Assembly: GCA_965209055.1 (NCBI GenBank)
Contig: OZ242374.1
Span: 1,312,001 to 1,376,000 of the forward strand
Reading direction: 5' to 3'
DNA length: 64,000 nucleotides
Source of the DNA: Acidobacteriota bacterium
GTDB taxonomy: Bacteria; Acidobacteriota; UBA6911; RPQK01; JAJDTT01
Both the position numbers and the translations under genes were made by a program. This document shows, piece by piece, positions 51,385 through 62,504 of the stretch. Each line of letters opens with the position of its first letter. Position 1 is the stretch's first letter. The notes below the pieces were generated by a model that worked only from the letters and a program-made list of their open reading frames with translations, was not told the origin of the DNA and did no database searches.

Positions 51385-52359
51385 TCACTCCCGTCCCGAC
51401 CGGATCGCTTCCACCAGCCAGGAGTCCAGAATCAGTTGGCCGACGTGGTAGAGCACACAGGGGATGGGGACAAGGCCGAAACCGGGCAGGAACTCGGTCG
51501 AAACGTACAGGGCCGCCGGCAGGGTCTTCTGAGAGCCGCAGAAAAGGAGGGCCGTCCGGTCTTTCCGGTTCCAGCCCAGGGCTCGTCCCAGGATCCAACA
51601 GAGTGCCGCGGCGGCCGCATGGACCGCGACGGTGGCCAGGCTGACGGCAGCCAATTCCCAACCGGACATTTCCCCTCGTCCCGCTTCCACGTCGGTGACC
51701 CCGGAGACCACGGCGCCGGACACGGCCAATAGGATCAGGAGGCGGGATGCGTCCGACAGCGTCCTGGCGTGCCGGTCCACCACACCAGCCACCGCGGCGG
51801 CCTGTCGCAGTCCCTGACCCAGCGCCAAGGGCGCGAGCACCACCAGCGCGAATCCCGCCATCATCTCTTCCAGGCTCAGCGTCATGAACGTCCCGATGGT
51901 GAGGAACAGAATCAGCGGGGTGACGAGAAATCCCAGACCGTTGCCGGCCACCACCAAGACCAGGGCCAGGGCGGCGTTGCCCCGGGCCATGCGGGTCCAG
52001 ATGATGCTGGAGGCCAGGGTGGTGGGCATGGCGCTGATCACCAGAATGCCCAGGGCCAGGCTCTGGTTGGTCTCCAGCAGCAGCCTCGACGCGCCGAAGC
52101 CAAGGACCGCGACAACCACGTAGCCGATGAAGACTCCGGAGAGGACCCGGCCCGGCCGGCGCAGCGAATCGAGGATCCGGCGTCCGTCCAAGGTCAGACC
52201 GTTGATCAGCATGACCGCGGCGACGTTCAAACCCGGGTCGATGTACGTGTGGAGCGGACGGAGGGCCTCGGGCCAATAGACGGGAACGGCGACGGCGAAC
52301 GCCAACGCCAGCAGGAACCAGTGTCTGGCCAGGAAGGGCGGAGCGGTCCAGCTACCCAC
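51385..52359 (-). CDS. Bile acid:sodium symporter family (SBF-like) transporter
   Basis: Multiple TM helices; PTTLASS..WT..A.GN, SQKTLP motifs. Confidence 0.85.
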   Translation of the reverse strand: MGSWTAPPFLARHWFLLALAFAVAVPVYWPEALRPLHTYIDPGLNVAAVMLINGLTLDGRRILDSLRRPGRVLSGVFIGYVVVAVLGFGASRLLLETNQSLALGILVISAMPTTLASSIIWTRMARGNAALALVLVVAGNGLGFLVTPLILFLTIGTFMTLSLEEMMAGFALVVLAPLALGQGLRQAAAVAGVVDRHARTLSDASRLLILLAVSGAVVSGVTDVEAGRGEMSGWELAAVSLATVAVHAAAAALCWILGRALGWNRKDRTALLFCGSQKTLPAALYVSTEFLPGFGLVPIPCVLYHVGQLILDSWLVEAIRSGRE

Positions 52360-53476
52360 CCAGATAGAGTTCCGTCGGATGGGAATTGAGCTGCCGGGGA
52401 CCGTTTTCCGTCAACCAGTAGGTGTTCTCGATCCGGAGGCCGCCCTGCAGTTGAGGGTTGTAGAATCCGGGCTCGATGGAGATGACGTCTCCGAGTCGAA
52501 GGACATGGTGGCTGCCGGGCACCAGGCGCGGATTCTCGTGCCCGCCCATCCCGACTCCGTGGCCCAGATGATGCCAGAAGGTGCCGGCGGAAAGCGGGTC
52601 CCGCTCCAGGAACGCACGAATCGTCTCATACGCCTCCCGTGCCGGCCGGCCCGGCTCCAGCAGGCTCTCGGCCCGTTCCAGCGCCGCCGTGACGATCTCC
52701 CATCCCCGCCGCTGAAGGTCCGAGGGAGGTCCGACGGTGAGGCTCCTGCAGAGGTCGGCGCCATATCCCCAACACTCGGGGAAGAGATCGTAGGGGCTGA
52801 GGTCCCCCGCCTCCAACGTCCGGTCGACGGGCGGTCCGCCACTCGTGGTGCTGCGGGGTCCCGTGGCGAAATCGCCGCCGACCCGAATCGGCTCTCCGGC
52901 ATTTTCGATCATGGCGGAAACGATCTCGATGTAGACCTCCAACTCCGAGCGGCCCGGAGACAATACCTCCCGCGCCCGGACGTAGCCCGCCTCGGCCACG
53001 GCGGCGATTCGTTTCAGGACCACGATCTCGTCCGGGTCCCGCCGGCGTCTCAGATCGTCCAGCTCCGGAGAGGCGTCCCGCACCGTCGAAGCCGGGAAGA
53101 GGTCCTCCAGCAAACCCAACGCCAACCCGTTCGACGCCTCCTTGTCGGTCCCGATGGATGGCGCCGACCGGCCCTTGAGCCTGGGCGCCAGAGCATCCAC
53201 GGCTTCCATCCAGGGCCGGTCCAGGACCCGCTTGGCCGAATAGCTCGCGAAGGGCACCACCTCGGCCCGGGCGGGGGCCTCCTGGGAGTCGGTCGCCAGG
53301 AGCGGTGTCCCCTGCCGTTCGATCCAGAGCAGGACCGGATGGCCGGGATCGACCACCACGGACTGGAGGTGCCGGACGTTTCTCGAGTCGGTGAGCAGGA
53401 GGGCATCCCACTTGCGCTCCTCCATCAACCGCCGGACCCGCCCCAACCGTCCGATGCAACCTTCTGCCGTCAACAT
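52352..53476 (-). CDS. Xaa-Pro peptidase (M24) family protein
   Basis: Metal ligands D..GYGAD, HHLGHGVG...HE, IEPG, LRIEN; start at MLTAEG. Confidence 0.88.
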   Translation of the reverse strand: MLTAEGCIGRLGRVRRLMEERKWDALLLTDSRNVRHLQSVVVDPGHPVLLWIERQGTPLLATDSQEAPARAEVVPFASYSAKRVLDRPWMEAVDALAPRLKGRSAPSIGTDKEASNGLALGLLEDLFPASTVRDASPELDDLRRRRDPDEIVVLKRIAAVAEAGYVRAREVLSPGRSELEVYIEIVSAMIENAGEPIRVGGDFATGPRSTTSGGPPVDRTLEAGDLSPYDLFPECWGYGADLCRSLTVGPPSDLQRRGWEIVTAALERAESLLEPGRPAREAYETIRAFLERDPLSAGTFWHHLGHGVGMGGHENPRLVPGSHHVLRLGDVISIEPGFYNPQLQGGLRIENTYWLTENGPRQLNSHPTELYLGG

Positions 53477-53560
53477 GGTTTCAGGCCGGTCATTGTATAG
53501 AAGCCAAAACCAAAAGTCGCCGCAGCCATCGACCGGGTCCGGCCCCGCTTCGGATCGCAG

Positions 53561-53586
53561 AGGGTGGGCGCAAGAGCCACCCCTAC
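53561..53586 (-). repeat. GTAG-type REP-like palindrome
   Basis: Minus strand reads GTAG-GGGTGG-CTCTTGCGC-CCACCC, in the divergent gap between the peptidase and tdh. Confidence 0.55.
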
Positions 53587-53623
53587 CAAATATTTTTTGC
53601 CTGCTATAGACTCGGCTGCCGTC

Positions 53624-54760
53624 ATGTCCGAGAAAATGGTCGCGGTCCGCAAGATGCAGCCGGGGAGAGGTTTCGACGTGGTGGAGGTGCCGCTTCCGGA
53701 ACTGGGGCGGGACCAGGTCCTGGTCGGCGTCGAGGCGGCCAGCATCTGCGGGACGGATCTCCACATCTGGAATTGGGACGACTGGAGCGCGCAGCGAATC
53801 CGGCCCCCGTTGACCCTGGGCCACGAATTCTCGGGAACCGTCGTGGACGTGGGCAAAGCGGTGAGCCGGGTGCGGGTGGGAGACTACGTCTCCGCGGAGA
53901 GCCACATCACCTGCGGCATGTGTTTCCAATGCCGGACCGGCCAGGCCCACATGTGTCCGTCGACCCGGATTCTCGGCATCGCCATGGACGGCGCCTTTGC
54001 GGAATACGTGGCGGTTCCGGAGAAGGTGATCTGGCACAACGACCGGTCCAAATTGTCTCCGGAGGTGGCCAGCCTGCAGGAGCCGTTCGGCAACGCCGTC
54101 TTCGCCACCAATGCCCATGACCTGTCGGGCCAGAGCGTCGCCATTCTCGGGTGCGGCGCCATCGGCCTGTTTTCCGTCGGGATTGCCCGCGCCTCGGGGG
54201 CAGCCCGCATACTGGGCGTCGACCTGAACGACTATCGCCTGGGCCTGGCCCGGAAAATGGGAGCCCACCAGGTCCTGAACGCCACCGGGGCCGGAGGCGC
54301 ACAGGGGATCGCCGATTGGCTGGTCCGGAACAACGACGGGCTGGGCGTCGACGTCGTCCTGGAGATGAGCGGCGCGCCGTCGGCCATCGACGCCGCCTTT
54401 CGCGGTGTCCGGAACGGGGGACGGGTCACCTTGTTCGGGATCCCCTCGAATCCGGTGCAGATCGACGTCGCCGAACAGATGATCTTCAAGAACCTGACGG
54501 TTCTGGCGCTGCACGGACGCCGTATCTTCGATACCTGGTACCGCACCCGGTGGCTGTTGGAAAGCGGGGTCGTGGACCTCACGCCCCTGATCACGCGGCA
54601 GTTGGGACTGGAGGACATCCACCAGGCCATGGAATTGCTGGCCAGCGGCGAAGCCTGCAAGATCATCCTGCGTCCCGGCGCCGATTACTCCCACTACTCC
54701 GGAGCGTCGGTCCAGGAGACATCCGAGACCACCGCCGCGAGAGGCGCGATACACCTGTAG
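53624..54760 (+). CDS. tdh: L-threonine 3-dehydrogenase (Zn-dependent)
   Basis: [26 protein letters not shown]......[22 protein letters not shown]; adjacent to kbl. Confidence 0.93.
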   Translation: MSEKMVAVRKMQPGRGFDVVEVPLPELGRDQVLVGVEAASICGTDLHIWNWDDWSAQRIRPPLTLGHEFSGTVVDVGKAVSRVRVGDYVSAESHITCGMCFQCRTGQAHMCPSTRILGIAMDGAFAEYVAVPEKVIWHNDRSKLSPEVASLQEPFGNAVFATNAHDLSGQSVAILGCGAIGLFSVGIARASGAARILGVDLNDYRLGLARKMGAHQVLNATGAGGAQGIADWLVRNNDGLGVDVVLEMSGAPSAIDAAFRGVRNGGRVTLFGIPSNPVQIDVAEQMIFKNLTVLALHGRRIFDTWYRTRWLLESGVVDLTPLITRQLGLEDIHQAMELLASGEACKIILRPGADYSHYSGASVQETSETTAARGAIHL

Positions 54761-54783
54761 ATTTTCCTTCAGACGGAGAACCC

Positions 54784-55976
<1,193 letters not shown>

Positions 55977-55977
<1 letters not shown>

Positions 55978-56732
55978 TGGCTCTTGAACCGGCAGGAAAG
56001 GTCGCGCTGATCACGGGCGCCGCCCAGGGAATGGGCAGGGCCGTGGCGGAGAGAATGGCGGCCGCAGGCGCCCGGCTGGTGCTCAACGACCGGAATCCGC
56101 AAACCCTTCAGGCAACTGCCGCAGCCCTGGAGGGGAAAGCCGCCGGGGTGGAGGCCGTGGCCGGCGATGTCTCATGCAGCCGCGACGTGTCGCGCCTCGT
56201 GGAGCGGGCGTTGGAACGTTTCGGCGCCATCCACATCCTGGTCAACAACGCGGGGGTCCTGAGGCCGACGGCGGTCATCGAGATGGAAGAGGAGGAATGG
56301 GACTGGGTAGTGAACGTCAATCTCAAGGGCACCTACCTCTGCTCTCGAGCCGTGCTTCCCGTCATGCGCCGGGAAGGATGGGGACGGATCGTCAACTTCT
56401 CGTCCACGGCAGGCAAGAGCGTCAGCACCCTCGGCGGCGCCCACTACACGGCCGCCAAAGCCGGCGTGCTGGGGTTCACCCGGCACCTGGCCAAAGAAGA
56501 AGCCCCCTACGGGATCACGGTCAACGCAGTCTGTCCCGGACTCATCGACACCGAAATGGTGCGGGACACCATCGATCCGGAGCGCATGCAATCGTACGCC
56601 CGGAGCTTCCCCATCTCCCGCCTGGGGAAGCCCGCCGAGGTCGCCGAGCTGGTGGCCTTCCTGGCCTCGGACCGCGCCGCCTACATCACCGGCGCCTCAC
56701 TGGACATCAACGGGGGAGACCTGATGATCTGA
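55977..56732 (+). CDS. Short-chain dehydrogenase/reductase (FabG-like, probably NAD-dependent)
   Basis: TGAAQGMG, NNAG, YTAAK, VCPG; coupled to kbl by TGATG. Confidence 0.92.
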
Positions 56733-56749
56733 CCCTCGGGAGACGCGAA

Positions 56750-57745
56750 ATGAAGATGACCTGGGAACAAAGAGACTACGACCTGGAATTCTTTCACCGG
56801 GAGCTGGATTCGTTCGTCCCCGACACGATCTTCGACGCCCACGCCCACCTGTACGAGTTGTGGCACTGGAAGGTCCAGACGGCTTTGGCCGTTGGTCCCC
56901 ACAAGGCGACCCTGGAGGTGTTTCAGGAACAGATCCAGTGGATCACGCCGGGCCGGGAGACCCACGGACTCTTTTTCGGAGGCGGCCTCTACGAGCCGAC
57001 CTACCGCGCATCCAACGAGTTCCTGGCCCGGGAAGCCGCCAAGGATCCCAAGTCGCGGGGACAGTTGATCGTCTCCCCGCGGCAGGATCCGGAGGAAGTG
57101 CGGCAGGAAGTCCGGCGCCTCTCCATGGTGGGGCTCAAGGTCTATCATCTCTTCGTCGAAGACAGGCCCTCGTCCCAGGACGCGGAGATCGAGGAGTTCC
57201 TGACCGAGGAGCATGTACGCATCGCCCATGAGGAAGGGCTCAGCGTGACGTTGCACATGGTCAAGCCCCGATCTCTCGCGGATCCGGCAAACCAGGCCAG
57301 AATCCGCTACTACTGTGAAAACTATCCCAACATGCGGTTGATCCTGGCCCACGCCGCCCGGAGCTTCAATCCTCACCACACCATCGAGGGGATCCATACG
57401 CTGAAGGGAATTCCCAACGTCTGGTTCGACACCTCGGCCGTCACCGAGGCCGGCGCCTTCGAGGCCATCGTGGACACCTTCGGGCACGAACGGCTGCTCT
57501 GGGGATCCGACTATCCCATCAGCCATTTTCGAGGCCGTTGCGTCGGAATCGGAGACCAGTTCCTTTGGCTCTACGAGGACACTTTCGACTGGAAACGGAT
57601 TTCTCACGTCGAGATCCAGCCCTACCTGGTCGGCATGGAGTCCCTGCGGGCCGTGAAGCTGGCCGCCATGCGGCTCCGCCTCACCGACTCCCAGGTCGAG
57701 GATGTTTTCTGCAACAATGGCCGGAAAATGTTTGGCCTGGACTGA
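56750..57745 (+). CDS. Amidohydrolase family 2 protein
   Basis: DAHAH, GLKVYH, LH, LILAH, WFDTS, LWGSDYP. Confidence 0.85.
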   Translation: MKMTWEQRDYDLEFFHRELDSFVPDTIFDAHAHLYELWHWKVQTALAVGPHKATLEVFQEQIQWITPGRETHGLFFGGGLYEPTYRASNEFLAREAAKDPKSRGQLIVSPRQDPEEVRQEVRRLSMVGLKVYHLFVEDRPSSQDAEIEEFLTEEHVRIAHEEGLSVTLHMVKPRSLADPANQARIRYYCENYPNMRLILAHAARSFNPHHTIEGIHTLKGIPNVWFDTSAVTEAGAFEAIVDTFGHERLLWGSDYPISHFRGRCVGIGDQFLWLYEDTFDWKRISHVEIQPYLVGMESLRAVKLAAMRLRLTDSQVEDVFCNNGRKMFGLD

Positions 57746-57779
57746 GAATCAGGGCCGTGCAGCCGACCTGAAGGAGGGC

Positions 57780-58058
57780 ATGACCGACCGGGAGATCCTG
57801 GAGAAGCTCGAGGAACTGCTGGCCCGCCTGGAGATCGACCTGGTGCGGGAGCCGGGAGAATTTTCGGGCGGCCTGTGCCGAATCGGAGGGGAGAATCGAT
57901 TTATTCTGAACCGGACGCTGCCCTTGCCGCAGCAGATCGGAATCCTCTGCCGCGACCTGGCGACGGTGGACCTTTCCCGGGTTTACGTTCTGCCGGTGCT
58001 GCGGGAGATGATTCAGGCCGCCGCGCCACCGGGTCCGTCTCTTGACCGTCCCTCATAG
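57780..58058 (+). CDS. Small hypothetical protein
   Basis: AGGAGG RBS; GGLCRI.G..FILN, DL..VYVLPVLRE; normal codon usage. Confidence 0.65.
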   Translation: MTDREILEKLEELLARLEIDLVREPGEFSGGLCRIGGENRFILNRTLPLPQQIGILCRDLATVDLSRVYVLPVLREMIQAAAPPGPSLDRPS

Positions 58059-58086
58059 TGCGGGGGCACCGCGCCGAAAGGAGATC

Positions 58087-58845
58087 ATGGTGAAACTTCG
58101 ACCGAACAGGGTGAAACAGAAGCTGGCCGCCGGCGAGAACGTGTATGTGATCAGTGGGTTGGGCAGCCCCGATGAGATCGATCAGTTTGGAACCGTGGGT
58201 TTCGACGGGGTCTGGCTGGAGGCCGAGCACGGCTCGGTGGACTTCGCGGACATCCCGGACCTGACCCGCGCCTGCGACATCTGGGGAATGACCTCGATCC
58301 TGCGGGTCAACCGGAACGTCCAGGCCATCATCTACCGGGGGTTGGACCGGGGTGCCCAGGGAATCGTCGTTCCCCACGTCAACACCCGGGAAGAAGCCGA
58401 GAACGTGGTCCAGGGCGGGAAGTTCGCGCCCATCGGCCAGAGGGGACTCTACGTCAGCCGGCAGGGCTACGGCGTCCCCGGCTACTTCGAGGCCGCCAAC
58501 GATCAGATCCTGCTCATGGTGCTCATCGAGGATATCGTGGCGGTCCGGAACCTGGACGAGATCCTCAAGGTGGACCACATCGACGTCTTCTTCGTGGCTC
58601 CCAGCGATCTGGCCGCCTCCATGGGCCTCATCGGGCAGATTGGCCATCCCGAGGTGCAGAAGACCATCGACACCACCCTGGCACGAATCCAAGAGGGTGG
58701 GCGGGTCGCAGGCACCCTGACGACGAACGACACCATTGCCCGCTACGCCGCCGCGGGCGTCCGCGTGTTCCTGACCGGGCCCTCACCCTGGATCGCGGCC
58801 GGCGCCAAGGAGTTCCTGCGGCTCGGCGCGCCGCCTCCGGCATGA
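58087..58845 (+). CDS. HpcH/HpaI class II aldolase family protein
   Basis: EAEHG, LD.GAQGIVVPHV, P.G.RG, IED, APSDL. Confidence 0.88.
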   Translation: MVKLRPNRVKQKLAAGENVYVISGLGSPDEIDQFGTVGFDGVWLEAEHGSVDFADIPDLTRACDIWGMTSILRVNRNVQAIIYRGLDRGAQGIVVPHVNTREEAENVVQGGKFAPIGQRGLYVSRQGYGVPGYFEAANDQILLMVLIEDIVAVRNLDEILKVDHIDVFFVAPSDLAASMGLIGQIGHPEVQKTIDTTLARIQEGGRVAGTLTTNDTIARYAAAGVRVFLTGPSPWIAAGAKEFLRLGAPPPA

Positions 58846-58885
58846 CGTGAGGCCCTGCCGGCGCATGGCGCCGCCTCCGATCGAC

Positions 58886-58891
58886 TATCAT
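58886..58891 (+). promoter_or_regulatory. Probable -10 element (TATCAT) of the SRP RNA gene
   Basis: TAnnnT hexamer 5 nt before the predicted 5' end of the RNA. Confidence 0.55.
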
Positions 58892-58896
58892 GGAAC

Positions 58897-59187
58897 GGCC
58901 GTGCTAGGCGGGGTGTTAGCGGTACCCTGATTCCCTGTCGTCCAGGGAGGACTCGCAAGCCGCTGCAGCGAGGCTGACGACTCCGCTGAGGGTCGCCCCC
59001 GGTGAGCCACTCCGTTTCGTGCGGCGGTGTTGAACGTGGGGTCCTCCACAACGGGCGCCCGTGAACCTGGTCAGATCCGGAAGGAAGCAGCCATAAGCGG
59101 GAAAGCGCGTGTGTCGGAGGGTTGCTCGACGGGAGCCGCGCGCGCGTTTCGGACCTCAGCGGAAGACTCGAAGCGGAGTGCACGGCC
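58897..59187 (+). ncRNA. ffs: Signal recognition particle RNA, large bacterial type with Alu domain
   Basis: S-domain motif GAACCTGGTCAGATCCGGAAGGAAGCAGCC; 5' GGCCGTGC pairs with 3' GCACGGCC; Alu helices GGGTG/TACCC and CTCGC/GCGAG with complementary loops AGCGG and CCGCT, as in Bacillus scRNA. Confidence 0.93.
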
Positions 59188-59260
59188 AGCAGGTTTTGTT
59201 CCGACAGGAGGAATCTCGAGACCCGCCGACTCAGGGTTGCGGTCGCGAACGAGTCTTTCC

Positions 59261-61462
59261 ATGACCGAAGTGGATTCCGGAACCCGGTTCAGCGTTCTTC
59301 ACGGTTCGGCTTCCTTGAGCCCCGGCGAACCGGTGGTGGCCGGTTCCATGGGAACCTGGCGGATCCGCTACCGGGTGGGGAAATACGGCATCGACGACGG
59401 AGGAAGAATCCGTGTCGTCAGGCGTTTCGTGAGTGACTGGGGCACACCCCAGACACAACGGCCAGACCAGGCCGACTTCCTGACCGTCTCCACCTCGGGC
59501 AGTGCGCGGGTCACGGCCTCCTGTGATCCGCAGGCCCACGTTCGACCCTGGCAGAAGTCCATGACCGTCTCCGTGAAGGACGGGTATCTCCGGGAGGGAG
59601 ACACGGTCACGCTGGTCTTGGGCGACACCTCGGCAGGCGGGCCGGGCGCCCGGGCGCAGACCTTCTGCGAGCCCCGGTTCGAGTTCAAGGTCCTGGTGGA
59701 CTGCTTCGGAACGGGCTCGTACGTGGAGCTGGAGCCGGCCGGCAGCGTCCCAATTGTGGGCGGTCCGGGGGCCGAGCTCCAGTTGATGGTTCCCACAGAC
59801 GTGGTCCTGGGCATCCCCTTTCGAGTTTCGGTCCGGGTCCTGGACCAATGGGGAAACCCGGCGGACCGCTACCAGGGCGTGCTGGAGACCGGCGGCAGTG
59901 CGAGACTCTTCTATGGCCTGCCTTCCCGTGTGACTCTCGACCGCACCGATCAGGGAATTCTCTGCCTGGACGGCATCCTGGCCCGGGAGCCGGGAATCTA
60001 TCGAATCGAGGCGGAGGACCAAAACTCTGGGCTGAAGGCCGTCAGCAATCCGCTCTTCGTGAAGCCGCACCAGCCCCGGCGGCGCCGGTTCTGGGGAGAT
60101 CTCCATGGCCAGAGCGAGGAGACGGTGGGGACCCTGACGGTGGGCGAATACTTCGCGTTCGCCCGCAACAAGGCGTTGGTGGACTTCGCGGGCCATCAGG
60201 GAAACTGTTTCCAGATCACTCCGGGTGTCTGGGACCGGATCCGCGAAACGGTCAGGCGCTTCAACGAGCCGGGGCGGTTCGTCACCTTTCTGGGCTACGA
60301 GTGGTCGGGCCTGACGGCCGGCGGCGGCGACCGGAACGTCTATTTTCGAGGCGGCGACGGGCCCCTGCACCGGGCCAGCCGCTGCCTGATCGCGCCGGCA
60401 GGCCAGGATGAAGACCCCGAAAGCTATCCCGTCGAGGAACTCTACCGGCAACTGGGAGCCCGGGACGACGTCCTTCTGGTTCCCCATGTGGGCGGCCGCT
60501 GGGCGGACCTGGACTCCTTCGATCCCGGCTTGGAGCCGCTGGTGGAGATCTACTCCTCCTGGGGTGAATTCGAATGGCTCCTGAACGACGCGTTCGATCG
60601 CGGCCTCAGAGTCGGGATCAGTTGCGGCAGCGACGATCACAAGGGCAGGCCCGGCGCCAGCTATCCGGGGGCCGGCACCTTTGGAGTCCAGGGTGGATTG
60701 CTCTGCGTCTGGGCTTTTGAGCTGACTCGCGAGAGCCTCTGGGAAGCCCTTCGCGAACGCCGCTGCTACGGCACGACCGGAGCCCGCATCGCACTGGAGT
60801 TCGAGACCTCCGGCGGTGTTCCCATGGGAGGCGAGGAGCGGACGCAGGACCTTCCCCGCTTCCGGGTGCGGGTCGAAGGCACCGGTGACGTGGAACGCAT
60901 CGAGCTGCGCCGGGGAACGGAGTGCGTGGATGCTCTTCCTCGAGGTCCCGGGGTTCCCTGCTCGTCCGATACCGTCCGTATCGCCTGGTCGGGCGCCAGG
61001 AACCGCGGCCGGGACCGGGCCGCTTGCTGGGACGGCTCCGTGGAGGCCGTAGGAACCCGAATCGTCGAGGCCAAGGGCTACGCCTTCGACTCCCCGTCAG
61101 AAGGGATCCGGGAGGCCGGGCCGCAGCGCGTCACCTGGAAATCGGTGACCAGCGGCGATACCGACGGCATCCTGTTGAAGCTGGACCCCGCCGACTCCGG
61201 CGTGCTCCGTTTCAAGACCCGGCGGATCCGATTCGACATCGACCTGGAGAAGTTGGCGGACATTCCCGTGACCTGGCCGGCCGGGGGATTGGACCTGAAG
61301 GTCCAGGCCCAGCGCGAACCCCTGGGGCTCGGCCGGAGCGTGGAGGCCGACTTGAAGGACCCGGCCGCACCCGCCGGACCGACACCCTACTACGTCGTCG
61401 TGCTCCAAAAGGACGGCGCCAAAGCCTGGGCCTCTCCCATCTGGGTTTCGCCGGGTCGGTAG
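59261..61462 (+). CDS. DUF3604 domain protein (PHP-like metallohydrolase)
   Basis: WGDLHGQSEET, HQGN, GYEWSG..GGDRNV, PHVGG, EIYSSWG, GSDDHKGRPG, RCYGTTG, AWASPIW. Confidence 0.85.
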   Translation: MTEVDSGTRFSVLHGSASLSPGEPVVAGSMGTWRIRYRVGKYGIDDGGRIRVVRRFVSDWGTPQTQRPDQADFLTVSTSGSARVTASCDPQAHVRPWQKSMTVSVKDGYLREGDTVTLVLGDTSAGGPGARAQTFCEPRFEFKVLVDCFGTGSYVELEPAGSVPIVGGPGAELQLMVPTDVVLGIPFRVSVRVLDQWGNPADRYQGVLETGGSARLFYGLPSRVTLDRTDQGILCLDGILAREPGIYRIEAEDQNSGLKAVSNPLFVKPHQPRRRRFWGDLHGQSEETVGTLTVGEYFAFARNKALVDFAGHQGNCFQITPGVWDRIRETVRRFNEPGRFVTFLGYEWSGLTAGGGDRNVYFRGGDGPLHRASRCLIAPAGQDEDPESYPVEELYRQLGARDDVLLVPHVGGRWADLDSFDPGLEPLVEIYSSWGEFEWLLNDAFDRGLRVGISCGSDDHKGRPGASYPGAGTFGVQGGLLCVWAFELTRESLWEALRERRCYGTTGARIALEFETSGGVPMGGEERTQDLPRFRVRVEGTGDVERIELRRGTECVDALPRGPGVPCSSDTVRIAWSGARNRGRDRAACWDGSVEAVGTRIVEAKGYAFDSPSEGIREAGPQRVTWKSVTSGDTDGILLKLDPADSGVLRFKTRRIRFDIDLEKLADIPVTWPAGGLDLKVQAQREPLGLGRSVEADLKDPAAPAGPTPYYVVVLQKDGAKAWASPIWVSPGR

Positions 61463-61470
61463 CCTTCTTG

Positions 61471-61496
61471 CCGGACGATTGGGAAATCGCCCTTCC
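61471..61496. repeat. REP-like palindrome
   Basis: Minus strand ggaagggcgatttcccaatcgtccgg closely matches ggaggggcgatttcaaaatcgcccgg at 32697-32722. Confidence 0.6.
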
Positions 61497-61548
61497 CGAC
61501 TCCATCGGGGAATCGGGAAGCGTCACCGCGGTTGCATAGACTAGCCGC

Positions 61549-62127
61549 ATGATCAACTCGGTTCGCATCCACCGGCGTTGCCGGTCCGGAACCCGCCGTC
61601 TGCTTCTCGCCATCAGCGCCGGCTGGGTCGCGCTGCTGTTGGCCTGCTCGCCGGGAAGCCGCCTGGACGCCGCCACCGACATCACTCTGTTCGGGGCCTG
61701 GGCTCCCGGTGGAAATCTGGCAACCATCGACGTGCGGGATTTTGCCGGATTCGGCGCAACCTTCGAGAGATACTTCGCCATCATCGGCTTCGAGAACACC
61801 TTTGCCTACTACAATCGTCCCGCGGACCTCACCGGGACCGGCGATGCCGGCTATGCCCTGACCAGCGGCCTGACTCTGAACATCCCCTTCTCCGGAAAAT
61901 TCGGCTACATCGCCGCCGGAGGCGGGCTCTTCCGCAAACAGAGCTCCTTGTCACTGGACCAGGGGACAAGTTTCCTGAGCAACATCGGCGGCGGCGTCAA
62001 ACTGCGCAAGCTTGCAGGCGCCCTGGGCCTGCGACTCGATTACAGGCGCTGCCGAATCTCCAACGTCCGGGGGCTGGCCTACGGATTCAACCAGATCTCC
62101 GCTGGCCTGATGGTGAGCTTCGACTGA
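61549..62127 (+). CDS. Putative small outer-membrane beta-barrel protein
   Basis: Signal-like N-terminus, amphipathic strands (YIAAGGG, NIGGGVK, LRLDYR), ends GLMVSFD. Confidence 0.6.
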   Translation: MINSVRIHRRCRSGTRRLLLAISAGWVALLLACSPGSRLDAATDITLFGAWAPGGNLATIDVRDFAGFGATFERYFAIIGFENTFAYYNRPADLTGTGDAGYALTSGLTLNIPFSGKFGYIAAGGGLFRKQSSLSLDQGTSFLSNIGGGVKLRKLAGALGLRLDYRRCRISNVRGLAYGFNQISAGLMVSFD

Positions 62128-62447
62128 TGGCGAATCAGGACCTGCCCGAATTCCTCCAGAGGGTGGTCGAGCGCTATCCTCAGGTATGGGACGATTACGG
62201 CCGGCTCAGCCGGACGGTCGGCGAGGTCGAAGGCCTCGACGTCCGCTCTCAACGCCTGGTCAAGTTGGGGATCGCCATCGGCGCCGGACGAAGGGGAGCC
62301 GTTCACTCCCATGCCCGCAAGTGCAGAAAGGCAGGCCTGAGCAACGCCGAGATCTACCATGCCGCACTCCTCGCCATCACCACCGTTGGCTGGTCCGGAG
62401 GCATTGCCGCGCTCTCATGGATCAACGATGAACTCGGCGAACTCTGA
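62127..62447 (+). CDS. Carboxymuconolactone decarboxylase / AhpD-like family protein
   Basis: LD.RSQRLVKLGIAIG...GAVHSHARK....G.S..EI.H; no CxxC. Coupled to the upstream gene by TGATG. Confidence 0.85.
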   Translation: MANQDLPEFLQRVVERYPQVWDDYGRLSRTVGEVEGLDVRSQRLVKLGIAIGAGRRGAVHSHARKCRKAGLSNAEIYHAALLAITTVGWSGGIAALSWINDELGEL

Positions 62448-62504
62448 ACCTCGCCGGCCAGCGGTCGAGACGGTTTGGGGGAGTAAGACTCCTGGCGGAG
62501 ACGA

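Noticed and set aside
52352-54754. 800-aa ORF as a fusion protein (likewise the long N-termini of 21737-23527, 33873-35699, 54151-55977, 56174-57745, 61578-62447)
   Set aside because: The N-terminal parts overlap real neighbouring genes; better internal starts give normal-length proteins.
59027-59260. N-terminal extension of the DUF3604 ORF
   Set aside because: It overlaps the SRP RNA; the ATG at 59261 is more plausible.
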